DNA from: Promethearchaeota archaeon
Lineage (GTDB): Archaea > Asgardarchaeota > Lokiarchaeia > Sigyniarchaeales > SOKP01
NCBI GenBank assembly: GCA_030606485.1
Contig: JAUWGH010000007.1
Location: 30,001 to 62,000 of the forward strand
Reading direction: 5' to 3'
DNA: 32,000 nt
The notes under the pieces were generated by a model that was not told the origin of the DNA, searched no databases, and worked only from the letters and a program-made list of their open reading frames with translations. Both the position numbers and the translations under genes were made by a program. Numbering within the stretch: the first letter of the stretch is position 1; every line of letters starts with the position of its first letter. This document shows positions 1 to 8,620 of this stretch, piece after piece.

Positions 1-996
1 AAAGCTAATAAACCAATTATTTCAATTTGTGCTGTAAGGACTGGATGTGGGAAAAGTCAAGTATCTAGGGCTGTATATCGCTATTTAAAAAATAGAGGTT
101 ATAAAGTTGTTGCGATCCGCGAACCAATGCCTTATGGAAATTTAATTGAACAAAATGTAATGCGTTTTGAAACTTATGAGGACTTGGATAAATTTAAATG
201 CACTATTGAAGAGCGAGAAGAATATGAACCGTATATTAAACAAAGATTGGTAATTTATTCTGGAGTTGATTATGAAAAAATTATTCGGGAAGCAGAAAAA
301 GAAGCAGATGTAATTATTTTCGATGGAGGCAATAACGAAATATCTTTCTATATTCCGGATTTACTTTTTGTTGTTGTAGATCCACTAAGACCCGGCCATG
401 AAACGAAATATTATCCAGGGGAAGTAAACGCACGGATGGCAGATGCATTTGTTATTAACAAAATGAATAGTGCAAAAATAGAAGATGTTTTAAAAGTTGA
501 AAAAAATCTCCAAGATTTAAATCCTGATGCGAAAAAGATTTTTACAAATTCTGTTGTTAGCTTAGAAAATTCTTATAACTTGAATGGTAAAAAAGTAATT
601 GTAGTTGAAGACGGTCCTACTCTAACCCATGGGGGTATGTCGTATGGGGCAGGGTATGTCGCGGCAAAAAATAAAGGAGCTGTTATTATTGACCCAAAAC
701 CTTATCTCACGGGTACATTGATAGAAATTTTTAAAGAATTCCCCCAAATTAAAGAAATTGTGCCTGCAATGGGATATAATGATCAACAAATAAAAGCTAT
801 GGAAGAAACGCTTAATAAATCAAAATGTGATCTTATTGTTAATGGGAGTCCAATTGATCTTGCGAAGTTAATTAATTGTAACAAACCAATAGTTAGAGTC
901 ACTTATGATATAGAAGCGGTAAGTAGTCCTACAATTGAGGAAGTTCTTGATGAATTCATTCAAAAGTTTTTAAAAAAACAAAACGGTAAAAATTAA
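1..996 (+). CDS. arcE: 5'-truncated arginine synthetase (ArcE)-type P-loop ATPase (COG2403, cyclic 2,3-diphosphoglycerate synthetase-like 'GTPase')
   Basis: Frame +1 is open from base 1 (KANKPIISICAVRTGCGKSQVSR...REPMPYG), so the gene starts upstream of the window, not at 127. It carries the family motifs AVRTGCGKS, CTIEEREEYEP, DGGNN, VEDGPTLTHGGM and PAMGY. Clustering with OTC and carbamate kinase favours ArcE over cDPGS. Confidence 0.72.
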   Translation, partial: KANKPIISICAVRTGCGKSQVSRAVYRYLKNRGYKVVAIREPMPYGNLIEQNVMRFETYEDLDKFKCTIEEREEYEPYIKQRLVIYSGVDYEKIIREAEKEADVIIFDGGNNEISFYIPDLLFVVVDPLRPGHETKYYPGEVNARMADAFVINKMNSAKIEDVLKVEKNLQDLNPDAKKIFTNSVVSLENSYNLNGKKVIVVEDGPTLTHGGMSYGAGYVAAKNKGAVIIDPKPYLTGTLIEIFKEFPQIKEIVPAMGYNDQQIKAMEETLNKSKCDLIVNGSPIDLAKLINCNKPIVRVTYDIEAVSSPTIEEVLDEFIQKFLKKQNGKN

Positions 997-1095
997 AAAA
1001 AAAGAGAAAGAACAGAATTCAAATAGAAGTCCTATTGTTAATTAATAATTATTATTTTTTATTTTTTATAAGACAAATTTGAAGAAATTAATAGA

Positions 1096-3285
1096 ATGAA
1101 AATGTTGATTTTAGTAGAAAAAAAATATGAATTAAAAAAAATAGCAAGAGGTTATACAAATCGGACCCTTTATATCAATTTAACAAAAAATGAAATCGTA
1201 ATTAAACCAATTACCAATGAAATGAAAGATAGATTTATTGGTGGCAAAGGATTCGATCTTTGGCTTATGTGGAATGCTCTACCTAAAGACCGAATTGTAA
1301 AATGGGATGATCCAGAAAATGAAATTTGTATCTCATCTGGTCCGCTTGGAGGTAACACATTTTACCCGGGTTCTGGAAAATCAATAGTCACAACAATATC
1401 TCCATTAACAGGTATAATAATTGATAGTAATGTTGGTGGTTATTTTGGGCCATATTTGAAATTTTCTGGATTTGATGCACTGGAAATTCATGGAAAAGCA
1501 AAACAAGAAATCATAATTTTTATTGATGGAATAAATGGAATTATTCGCATTGAAGAAATAAATGATTTTGAAAATCTTTCAAATGACTCTCATTTACTCA
1601 CGCAACAATTAACGGAAAAATATGCAAAAGATGAAAATGAAAAAACTCAAATTTCTGTTGTAAGTACTGGTCCAGCTTCTAAACATACCAAATGGGGAAT
1701 GTTAAATTTCTCTTGGTATAGTCGCAAGCGTAAATGGGCTTCATGTAAACAAGCAGGACGCGGTGGAGTTGGAACTGTCTTTGCTGATAAAAATATCAAA
1801 GCTTTAATTTGTCGGTCTCCAAAAGTTGATTTAAAAATAAATAATCCAGCAGATTTTGATACAGCTCGTAAGATCGGTAAAAAATATAACCAAGAGATTA
1901 TTAAATATGATCCAATACAAAATGAAATGAGATCTGTGGGAACAGGACATCTCCCAGGGATCATGAATGTATATGATCTTCTCCCAACTGAAAATTTTCG
2001 TTTTGGGTCTCATAAGGTAATAAAAGATAATAAAATTCCTCTCAATCGAGAAACATGGCGTAAAATCTTTTCTGGGGAATCTGGTAGTGATGGTTGTTGG
2101 TTTGGTTGTACACTCAGTTGTTCCCACTATTGTAGGGGGCATAAAGTAATAACTGGTCCTTATAAAGATCAAAAAGTTATTGTAGATGGTCCGGATTATG
2201 AAACTATTGCAGGTTGCGGTCCAAACTGGGGTGTGTGGGACCCCAAATGGTTATTAGAAACAAATTTCTACTGTGATACATATGGTCTCGATACAATCTC
2301 TGTAGGAACAGGAATTGCTTTTGTTATGGAATGTTATGAAGCTGGAATTTTAAATAAAGAAATCACTAATGGACTAGAACTTAATTTTGGTAATGCTTTT
2401 GCTGCTTTAGAACTAATCCATCAAATGGCTGAAGGGAAAGGGTTTGGTTTAATTGTAGGACAAGGTATTCATATAATGAAAAACATTTTTGCTGAGAAAT
2501 ATGGAGCAGATCCTAAATTTCTTCATGATATTGGTATGGAACATAAAGGTTTAGAATTCTCTGAATATGTTACCAAAGAATCATTGGCTCAACAAGGAGG
2601 ATATGGACTTACTCTAAAAGGACCGCAACATGATGAGGCATGGTTAATATTTGAAGATATGGTTAGAAAATCTATTCCAACATTTGAAGACAAGGCTAAA
2701 GCATTATGTTGGTTTCCTTTCTGGAGAACATGGTTCTCATTAAATGGACTTTGTAAATTACCATGGAATGATGTTCAACCACCAAATAATGTTGAATATC
2801 CTGTTAGAGACCCAAAAACTAAAGAACTTGTCCGTGCAAGGATTCCAAACCATGTTGAGTGGTATTCAGAATATTTTTCAGCTGTAACTGGTCGCAAATC
2901 TACTCCTAAGGATCTTATTAGAATGTCTGAGCGAGTGTATAACTTTCAGAGAATTTTTAATATCCGACAAGGTAAGGGTCTTCGAGAACATGATTCCAAT
3001 TTACCCTATAGAGCTGTTGGTCCTGTAACACCTATTGAATATGAGAGTCGTTTAGAGAGATATGATGATCAAATTAAAGATATTGGAATTGATATTAAAG
3101 GAAAAACAACAGAAGAAAAAATTAGGATTCTACGGGAGTATCGAGAAAAACAATATGAAATGCTCCAAGATGCTGTTTATAAACAACGTGGCTGGAATAA
3201 TAAGGGTTGTCCAACGATTGAAAAAGCCAAAGAATTAGGAATTGCATATGATGATGTTATTTCTGTGATTCTTCCCTATCAATAA
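1096..3285 (+). CDS. Tungsten/molybdopterin aldehyde:ferredoxin oxidoreductase (AOR/WOR family, long ~720-aa type)
   Basis: GYTNRTLYINL, FIGGKG, GPLGG, SPLTG, GGYFGPYLKFSGFDAL, AGRGGVG, GCWFGCTLSC, GPDYET, CDTYGLDTISVG motifs. Start could be ATG 1096 or ATG 1102. Confidence 0.93.
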   Translation: MKMLILVEKKYELKKIARGYTNRTLYINLTKNEIVIKPITNEMKDRFIGGKGFDLWLMWNALPKDRIVKWDDPENEICISSGPLGGNTFYPGSGKSIVTTISPLTGIIIDSNVGGYFGPYLKFSGFDALEIHGKAKQEIIIFIDGINGIIRIEEINDFENLSNDSHLLTQQLTEKYAKDENEKTQISVVSTGPASKHTKWGMLNFSWYSRKRKWASCKQAGRGGVGTVFADKNIKALICRSPKVDLKINNPADFDTARKIGKKYNQEIIKYDPIQNEMRSVGTGHLPGIMNVYDLLPTENFRFGSHKVIKDNKIPLNRETWRKIFSGESGSDGCWFGCTLSCSHYCRGHKVITGPYKDQKVIVDGPDYETIAGCGPNWGVWDPKWLLETNFYCDTYGLDTISVGTGIAFVMECYEAGILNKEITNGLELNFGNAFAALELIHQMAEGKGFGLIVGQGIHIMKNIFAEKYGADPKFLHDIGMEHKGLEFSEYVTKESLAQQGGYGLTLKGPQHDEAWLIFEDMVRKSIPTFEDKAKALCWFPFWRTWFSLNGLCKLPWNDVQPPNNVEYPVRDPKTKELVRARIPNHVEWYSEYFSAVTGRKSTPKDLIRMSERVYNFQRIFNIRQGKGLREHDSNLPYRAVGPVTPIEYESRLERYDDQIKDIGIDIKGKTTEEKIRILREYREKQYEMLQDAVYKQRGWNNKGCPTIEKAKELGIAYDDVISVILPYQ

Positions 3286-3326
3286 AATAAATAGAATAAA
3301 AAATCTTATCAGAAAATTGAGTTTTG

Positions 3327-5414
3327 ATGGAAAATATAACTAATCATCCCATCCTCAAGATACCTAAAAGAAAATTAGTTAATTTTAGTTTTAATGGGAA
3401 AAAATTAACGGGGTTTGAAGGAATGGTGATTTCCTCAGCTCTCTTTATGAATAAAATCAAAATTTTTGGTCATCATGTAAAAGATAACAGCCCTCAAGGT
3501 ATTTTTTGTTCTAATGGGCAGTGTGCTCAATGCACAGTTATTGTCAATGGCAAACCTGTAAAATCTTGCATGACTCCACTTGCAGACGGCATGATAATAG
3601 AAAGCTGTGAAGGTTTGCCGGAATTACCTGATGATGATAAATTGGTCTCAGTGGGAGATCCACCAATAATAGAAACTCAAGTGTTAATAATAGGTGCTGG
3701 ACCTGCTGGTCTTTCAGCCTGTCAAATCCTTGGAGAAAAAGGGGTTCAAGTAATTATAATTGATGATAAAGACAGACCTGGTGGAAAATTAGTCCTTCAA
3801 ACTCATAAATTTTTTGGCTCTCAAGAAGATGTATATGCAGGTAAACGAGGCATTGATATTGCAGAAATTCTCAGCGAGGCAGTTCACTCCTTATCTAATG
3901 TGGATGTTTGGCTTAACAGCACTGCTTTAGCTGTTTTTAGCGATGGTTTGATTGGCATATTAAAAAATAATGAAGAATATATAATAGTAAAGCCAAAATA
4001 TCTCTTAGTAGCTACAGGGGCAAGAGAACAAATGCTAGTATTTCCAGGGAATACCCTTCCAGGAGTGTATGGTGCTGGTGCATTTCAGACCTTGGTTAAT
4101 CGGGATTTAATTAAAGCTGCAGAACGTATTTTCATCGTAGGTGGCGGTAATGTCGGATTAATTGCAGGATATCATGCACTCCAAGCTGGAATTGAAGTTA
4201 TTGGCTTGATTGAAGCATTACCTCAATGTAGTGGATACAAAGTTCATGAAGATAAACTTAGATTCTTAGATGTTCCGGTTTATACCAGTCATACAATATT
4301 ATCTGCAAATGGAGATAATCAAGTAGAATCTATTACTATTGGACAAATAGATAAAAATTTTAATATTATTTCTGGAACTGAAAGAACTTTCGCTTGTGAT
4401 GCTATTTTAATTGCAGTTGGCTTAAACCCAGTAGATGAATTCTATCATAAAGCTAAGGAATATGGATTGAAAGTTTGGGTGGCTGGTGATGCTCAAGAGA
4501 TAGCAGAGGCATCTACAGCAATTTTTACTGGTAAAATTGAAGGAATTAAAATATTAAAGGAAATGAGACTTAATACAATAGATAATCTTGATAAACTTGA
4601 AGAAAAAGCAAGTATTATGAAATTAAAACCCCTTCCTCCAGTTCAAATAGATGTTCCAGATATAGAAGAAGGAATCTTTCCTGTTTTCCATTGCAATCAA
4701 GAAATCCCATGCAATCCTTGCACTTCTGTATGCCCTCAAAAGCAGATTGAAACGATTGATGATTCAATAATGCAATTACCATATTTTAAAGGGGAGAAAG
4801 AATGCACTGGTTGTGGACGATGCGTAGCTGTATGCCCTGGTTTAGCAGTAACTTTAATTGATTATCGTAAGGATAAAAACAATCCAATTGTTACTTTTCC
4901 ATTTGAAATGACAATTGAAAAGTTAAAGGTGGATCAAATAATCACAGTAGTTGGAAATCATGGCGAATTAGGCCAATTTAAAGTAATTAAGTCTAGAATT
5001 ATTAAAGAGTTTCCACTCACTCAACTTGTATCCATCAAATTAACATCTAAAATTGCTAAATATGCCGTGGGTATTAGATTACAACCATCAATTGTTAGAG
5101 AACCTTTAGAACTTTACTATAAACACCCTCTTGCTAATGATACCATTGTATGTCGATGTGAACGAGTAACAGTTGGTGAAATCAGAAAATGGATACATAA
5201 AGGAATAACTGATTTTAATGAGCTTAAAGCTTTAACTCAAGTTGGAATGGGAGCATGTGGAGGCAAAACATGCACTCCTCTTATTTATCGCATCTTCAGT
5301 GAAGAAGGAGTATCTCTTGATGAAATTACCCCCGGAACATTACGTCCTTTATTAATAGAAGTCCCCATGGGTCTTTTTGCTCGAACAAAGGAGGAGGATA
5401 AATATAGAATATGA
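3327..5414 (+). CDS. Multi-domain flavo-FeS subunit (proline dehydrogenase / sarcosine oxidase alpha-like): [2Fe-2S] + FAD/NAD oxidoreductase + 2x[4Fe-4S] + BFD-like [2Fe-2S]
   Basis: GIFCSNGQCAQC..C (fer2), GAGPAG and GGGNVG dinucleotide folds, CNPCTSVCP and CTGCGRCVAVCP ferredoxin motifs, CRCERV..GACGGKTC at the C-terminus. ATG at 3327 follows the TTG at 3324. Confidence 0.88.
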   Translation: MENITNHPILKIPKRKLVNFSFNGKKLTGFEGMVISSALFMNKIKIFGHHVKDNSPQGIFCSNGQCAQCTVIVNGKPVKSCMTPLADGMIIESCEGLPELPDDDKLVSVGDPPIIETQVLIIGAGPAGLSACQILGEKGVQVIIIDDKDRPGGKLVLQTHKFFGSQEDVYAGKRGIDIAEILSEAVHSLSNVDVWLNSTALAVFSDGLIGILKNNEEYIIVKPKYLLVATGAREQMLVFPGNTLPGVYGAGAFQTLVNRDLIKAAERIFIVGGGNVGLIAGYHALQAGIEVIGLIEALPQCSGYKVHEDKLRFLDVPVYTSHTILSANGDNQVESITIGQIDKNFNIISGTERTFACDAILIAVGLNPVDEFYHKAKEYGLKVWVAGDAQEIAEASTAIFTGKIEGIKILKEMRLNTIDNLDKLEEKASIMKLKPLPPVQIDVPDIEEGIFPVFHCNQEIPCNPCTSVCPQKQIETIDDSIMQLPYFKGEKECTGCGRCVAVCPGLAVTLIDYRKDKNNPIVTFPFEMTIEKLKVDQIITVVGNHGELGQFKVIKSRIIKEFPLTQLVSIKLTSKIAKYAVGIRLQPSIVREPLELYYKHPLANDTIVCRCERVTVGEIRKWIHKGITDFNELKALTQVGMGACGGKTCTPLIYRIFSEEGVSLDEITPGTLRPLLIEVPMGLFARTKEEDKYRI

Positions 5415-6567
5415 TGTAATTATAATAGGTTCGGGAAGTATTGGAGTTCCAACTGCATTAGCCACAGCTCATGATGGACTTAAAACACTCGTTATTGAAG
5501 TATTACCTTCTGTTGCTCAAGGAGACAATAAACATGCAATTGGTGGAATTCGAGCAACTCATTCACAAAAAAGTAAAATCTGGATTTGCCAAAGATCCAT
5601 AGAAATCTTTTCTACTTGGAAAAAGAAGTACGGGGATGATATTTGGTGGGATGAAGGGGGTTATGTTTTTATAGCATTTACAGAAGAACAAGAGAAATTG
5701 CTAAAAGACACTGTTGATCTTCAAAAAAAATATGGCTTAAATATTGAATATGTTGGTGCGGAAAAAATTAAGGAACTTATACCTGGTATTAATGATCAAG
5801 GGTTATTGGGTGGAACTTTTAGCCCTAAAGATGGAAATGCTTCCCCTTTATTAGCCTTACATTCCTTTTTTCGGCAGTCAATAAATTGGGGGGCAGAATA
5901 TAAATTTAAAGAAGAAGTTATTGATATTTTAAAAGATAATAAGAAAGTAACTGCTGTTAAAACTATAAAGGGCACCTATAAAACAAAAAATATTATTAAT
6001 GCAGCTGGAGCTCTTGCAAAAAAGATTGGTCAAATGGCTGGGATCGATATACCCATGCAACCTGATTCTCATGAAGCTGGAATTACTGAACCTATTAAAA
6101 AATTTTTTTCACCCATGGTTGTTGATATACAACCCTTCATAGATCCTAAATTTGGAAATTCAAAAAATTATTATTTCTATCAGAATAAAGAAGGACAAAT
6201 TATTTTCTGCCTTACTCCTGATCCAAGCAAATTTGGCACAGATCGAAGAGAAACAAGTTCCTTCTTACCGCAAATCTCAAAAAGGATGATTAAACTTTTA
6301 CCTCGTTTGCGCAATATAAAAATAAGACGAACATGGCGTGGGTTATACCCAATGACTCTTGATGGAAATCCTATTATTGGACCTGTTAATGGCCTTAAAG
6401 GATATATTAATGCAGTTGGGATGTGTGGACAAGGCTTTATGCTTGGTCCCGGGGTGGGGGAACTTCTAAGTCGTCTTTTAACTAGAAAAATTAATTCTCA
6501 AGATAATGAAATTCTTGAAGATCTTTCATTATATCGAAATTTTTATCAAGTAGAAAATTTTAAGTAA
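5377..6567 (+). CDS. FAD-dependent DAO-family oxidoreductase (proline dehydrogenase / sarcosine oxidase beta-like catalytic subunit)
   Basis: YDVIIIGSGSIG, GGIRA, INAAG, RTWRGLYPMTLDGNPIIG, GMCGQGFMLGPGVG motifs; overlaps the upstream alpha-like gene. Start is uncertain: TTG 5377, or ATA 5404 behind GGAGG. Confidence 0.88.
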   Translation: MLEQRRRINIEYDVIIIGSGSIGVPTALATAHDGLKTLVIEVLPSVAQGDNKHAIGGIRATHSQKSKIWICQRSIEIFSTWKKKYGDDIWWDEGGYVFIAFTEEQEKLLKDTVDLQKKYGLNIEYVGAEKIKELIPGINDQGLLGGTFSPKDGNASPLLALHSFFRQSINWGAEYKFKEEVIDILKDNKKVTAVKTIKGTYKTKNIINAAGALAKKIGQMAGIDIPMQPDSHEAGITEPIKKFFSPMVVDIQPFIDPKFGNSKNYYFYQNKEGQIIFCLTPDPSKFGTDRRETSSFLPQISKRMIKLLPRLRNIKIRRTWRGLYPMTLDGNPIIGPVNGLKGYINAVGMCGQGFMLGPGVGELLSRLLTRKINSQDNEILEDLSLYRNFYQVENFK

Positions 6568-6669
6568 AAATTTAAATAAAAAAATTATGGTATTACTCAA
6601 GTTAATAATTAAAGTAGAAAAATTATGATAATAAATAATTAAAATTAATGAAATTAGTGGTGCAGAAAA

Positions 6670-7602
6670 ATGACACGACATTTATTAAAGATCTCTGATT
6701 TCACAAAAGAGGAATCCGAGAAAATTATTAATAAAGCAATTGAAATCAAGGCAAATATGGAAAAATATAGTAATATTTTAAAAAACAAAACCCTTTTAAT
6801 GCTTTTTGAGAAACCATCTTTAAGAACTCGTATTTCTTTTGAAACGGGAATGGAACAACTTGGTGGCCATGCAATTTTTTATTCAATAAAAGATTCTCCT
6901 CTTGGAAAGAAAGAGAATATACATGATACAGCAAAAGTTGCCTCAAGATTTGTTGATTTAATTGCTGCTCGGGTTTTTAAAAGGGAGGATATTCGTGAAC
7001 TGGCAAAACATTCAAATGTTCCCGTTATAAATATGTTGGATGATTTCGCCCACCCTTGTCAAATTCTCAGCGATTTTCAAACTATTAAAGAGAAAAAAAA
7101 TCGTCTTAAAGACTTGAAACTCTCATATTTTGGAGATGCTCATAATAATGTTACCTATGACCTTATGAGGATGACTGCAATGTTTGGTTTAAGAATGGAT
7201 GTTGCTTGTCCCAAGGGTGTGGAGTATTCCCCTGAACAAGAAGTTCTGGATGAGGTTGCAGAACTTTCAAGGAATACTGGAGCCGAAGTAAGTATAATTA
7301 ATAATGCAATGGAAGCCGCAAAGGAATCTGATATTGTTTATACCGATTCATGGATGTCTTATGGAATTCCAGAAGAGCAAGAAGAGGAAAGAAAGAAAAT
7401 TTTTATGCCTTATCAAGTAACCTCCAATGTTATGTCAGCAGCAAAATTAGATGCAATTTTTATGAATTGTCTACCCGCAATGCGAGGATATGAACAGACT
7501 ACCGATGTTATTGACGGTTCTCAATCTATAGTATTTGATCAAGCAGAAAATCGCTTGCATGCGCAAAAAGCAATAATATTATTTTTACTAGACAAATTTT
7601 AA
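6670..7602 (+). CDS. arcB: Ornithine carbamoyltransferase (probably catabolic)
   Basis: FEKPSLRTR (carbamoyl-phosphate site), HPCQ, YTDSWMSYG, FMNCLPA, DQAENRLH motifs; adjacent to carbamate kinase. Confidence 0.92.
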   Translation: MTRHLLKISDFTKEESEKIINKAIEIKANMEKYSNILKNKTLLMLFEKPSLRTRISFETGMEQLGGHAIFYSIKDSPLGKKENIHDTAKVASRFVDLIAARVFKREDIRELAKHSNVPVINMLDDFAHPCQILSDFQTIKEKKNRLKDLKLSYFGDAHNNVTYDLMRMTAMFGLRMDVACPKGVEYSPEQEVLDEVAELSRNTGAEVSIINNAMEAAKESDIVYTDSWMSYGIPEEQEEERKKIFMPYQVTSNVMSAAKLDAIFMNCLPAMRGYEQTTDVIDGSQSIVFDQAENRLHAQKAIILFLLDKF

Positions 7603-7637
7603 AAAAAGAATTGCATACATTTTGGAGAAAAATTGTT

Positions 7638-8543
7638 ATGAAAACTTTAATCGTTGCGCTTGGTGGAAATGCGCTAATAAGATTTGGAGAAGAAGGAACT
7701 ACTGAAGAACAGTTTAGAAATCTACGAACTCCAATCAAACAAATTGCAGAATTATCAAAGGAATATAATATCATTATCACACATGGAAATGGACCTCAAG
7801 TTGGAAACCTTCTATTGCAACAAGAGGGAGCCAGTGAAGTCATAAAAAGACACCTGGGAATTTTAGTAGCTGAAACCCAAGGACAAATTGGTTATATGAT
7901 CGAATCAACCTTAGACGAGGAACTTATGCACCTTAATATTGATGTTGAAAAACTATTTCTTACCGTCTTAACATATGTACAGGTTGATCCTGAAGATCCA
8001 GCATTTAAGCATCCAACGAAACCAATCGGACCTGCTTATTCAGAACCAAGGTCTGGGTATATAAAAACTCCAAAAGGATGGCGACGGGTTGTTCCTTCAC
8101 CGAAACCAATTAAGATTTATCAATGGCGTGAAATAAAAAAATTGATGCAAGAAAATTTTATTGTAATCGCTTGTGGTGGCGGAGGAATTCCAGTTATAAA
8201 AGAGGGTAAACGATTGCAGGGAGTAGAAGCCGTTATTGATAAAGATCTTGCAAGTGCAAAACTGGGCGAACAAGTTGAAGCAGATATTCTATTAATTGCA
8301 ACTGATGTTGAGTATGTTGCTTTAAATTATAAAAAATCAAATCAAAGGAATTTACATAAGCTTTCAATTTCGGAAGCAAAAAAGTATTTAAAGGAAGGTC
8401 AATTCCCAGCTGGAAGTATGGGCCCAAAAATAGAAGCTGTTATTAGTTTTATAGAATCTGGTGGAGAAAGGGCAATTGTAACATCAATTGAAAATATTAA
8501 AACAGCATTGGAGGGAAAAGCAGGAACACATATATACAAATAA
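7638..8543 (+). CDS. arcC: Carbamate kinase
   Basis: VALGGNAL, THGNGPQVG, TQGQIGY, PTKPIGP, WRRVVPSP, GGGGIPV, AVIDKD, GSMGPK motifs. ATG 7638 (MKTLIV) lies behind GGAG and is preferred to TTG 7611. Confidence 0.96.
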   Translation: MKTLIVALGGNALIRFGEEGTTEEQFRNLRTPIKQIAELSKEYNIIITHGNGPQVGNLLLQQEGASEVIKRHLGILVAETQGQIGYMIESTLDEELMHLNIDVEKLFLTVLTYVQVDPEDPAFKHPTKPIGPAYSEPRSGYIKTPKGWRRVVPSPKPIKIYQWREIKKLMQENFIVIACGGGGIPVIKEGKRLQGVEAVIDKDLASAKLGEQVEADILLIATDVEYVALNYKKSNQRNLHKLSISEAKKYLKEGQFPAGSMGPKIEAVISFIESGGERAIVTSIENIKTALEGKAGTHIYK

Positions 8544-8620
8544 CTTATTTTTTAGTTTAATTATTATCCTCCTTGAAAATAGAAAAAATAGTTAGGAAAA
8601 AAAATTAGATTATGAAATAC

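Noticed and set aside
127-996. ATG 127 as the start of ORF1
   Set aside because: The frame is open from base 1 and the Walker A motif lies upstream of 127, so the gene is 5'-truncated by the window.
1170-2172. Short antisense ORFs inside the AOR gene, and similar nested ORFs at 6746, 7526, 8233, 9469, 10444, 11771, 12709, 19402, 19678, 22110, 25268 and 27692
   Set aside because: They lie within well-supported genes on another strand or frame and have no recognisable motifs.
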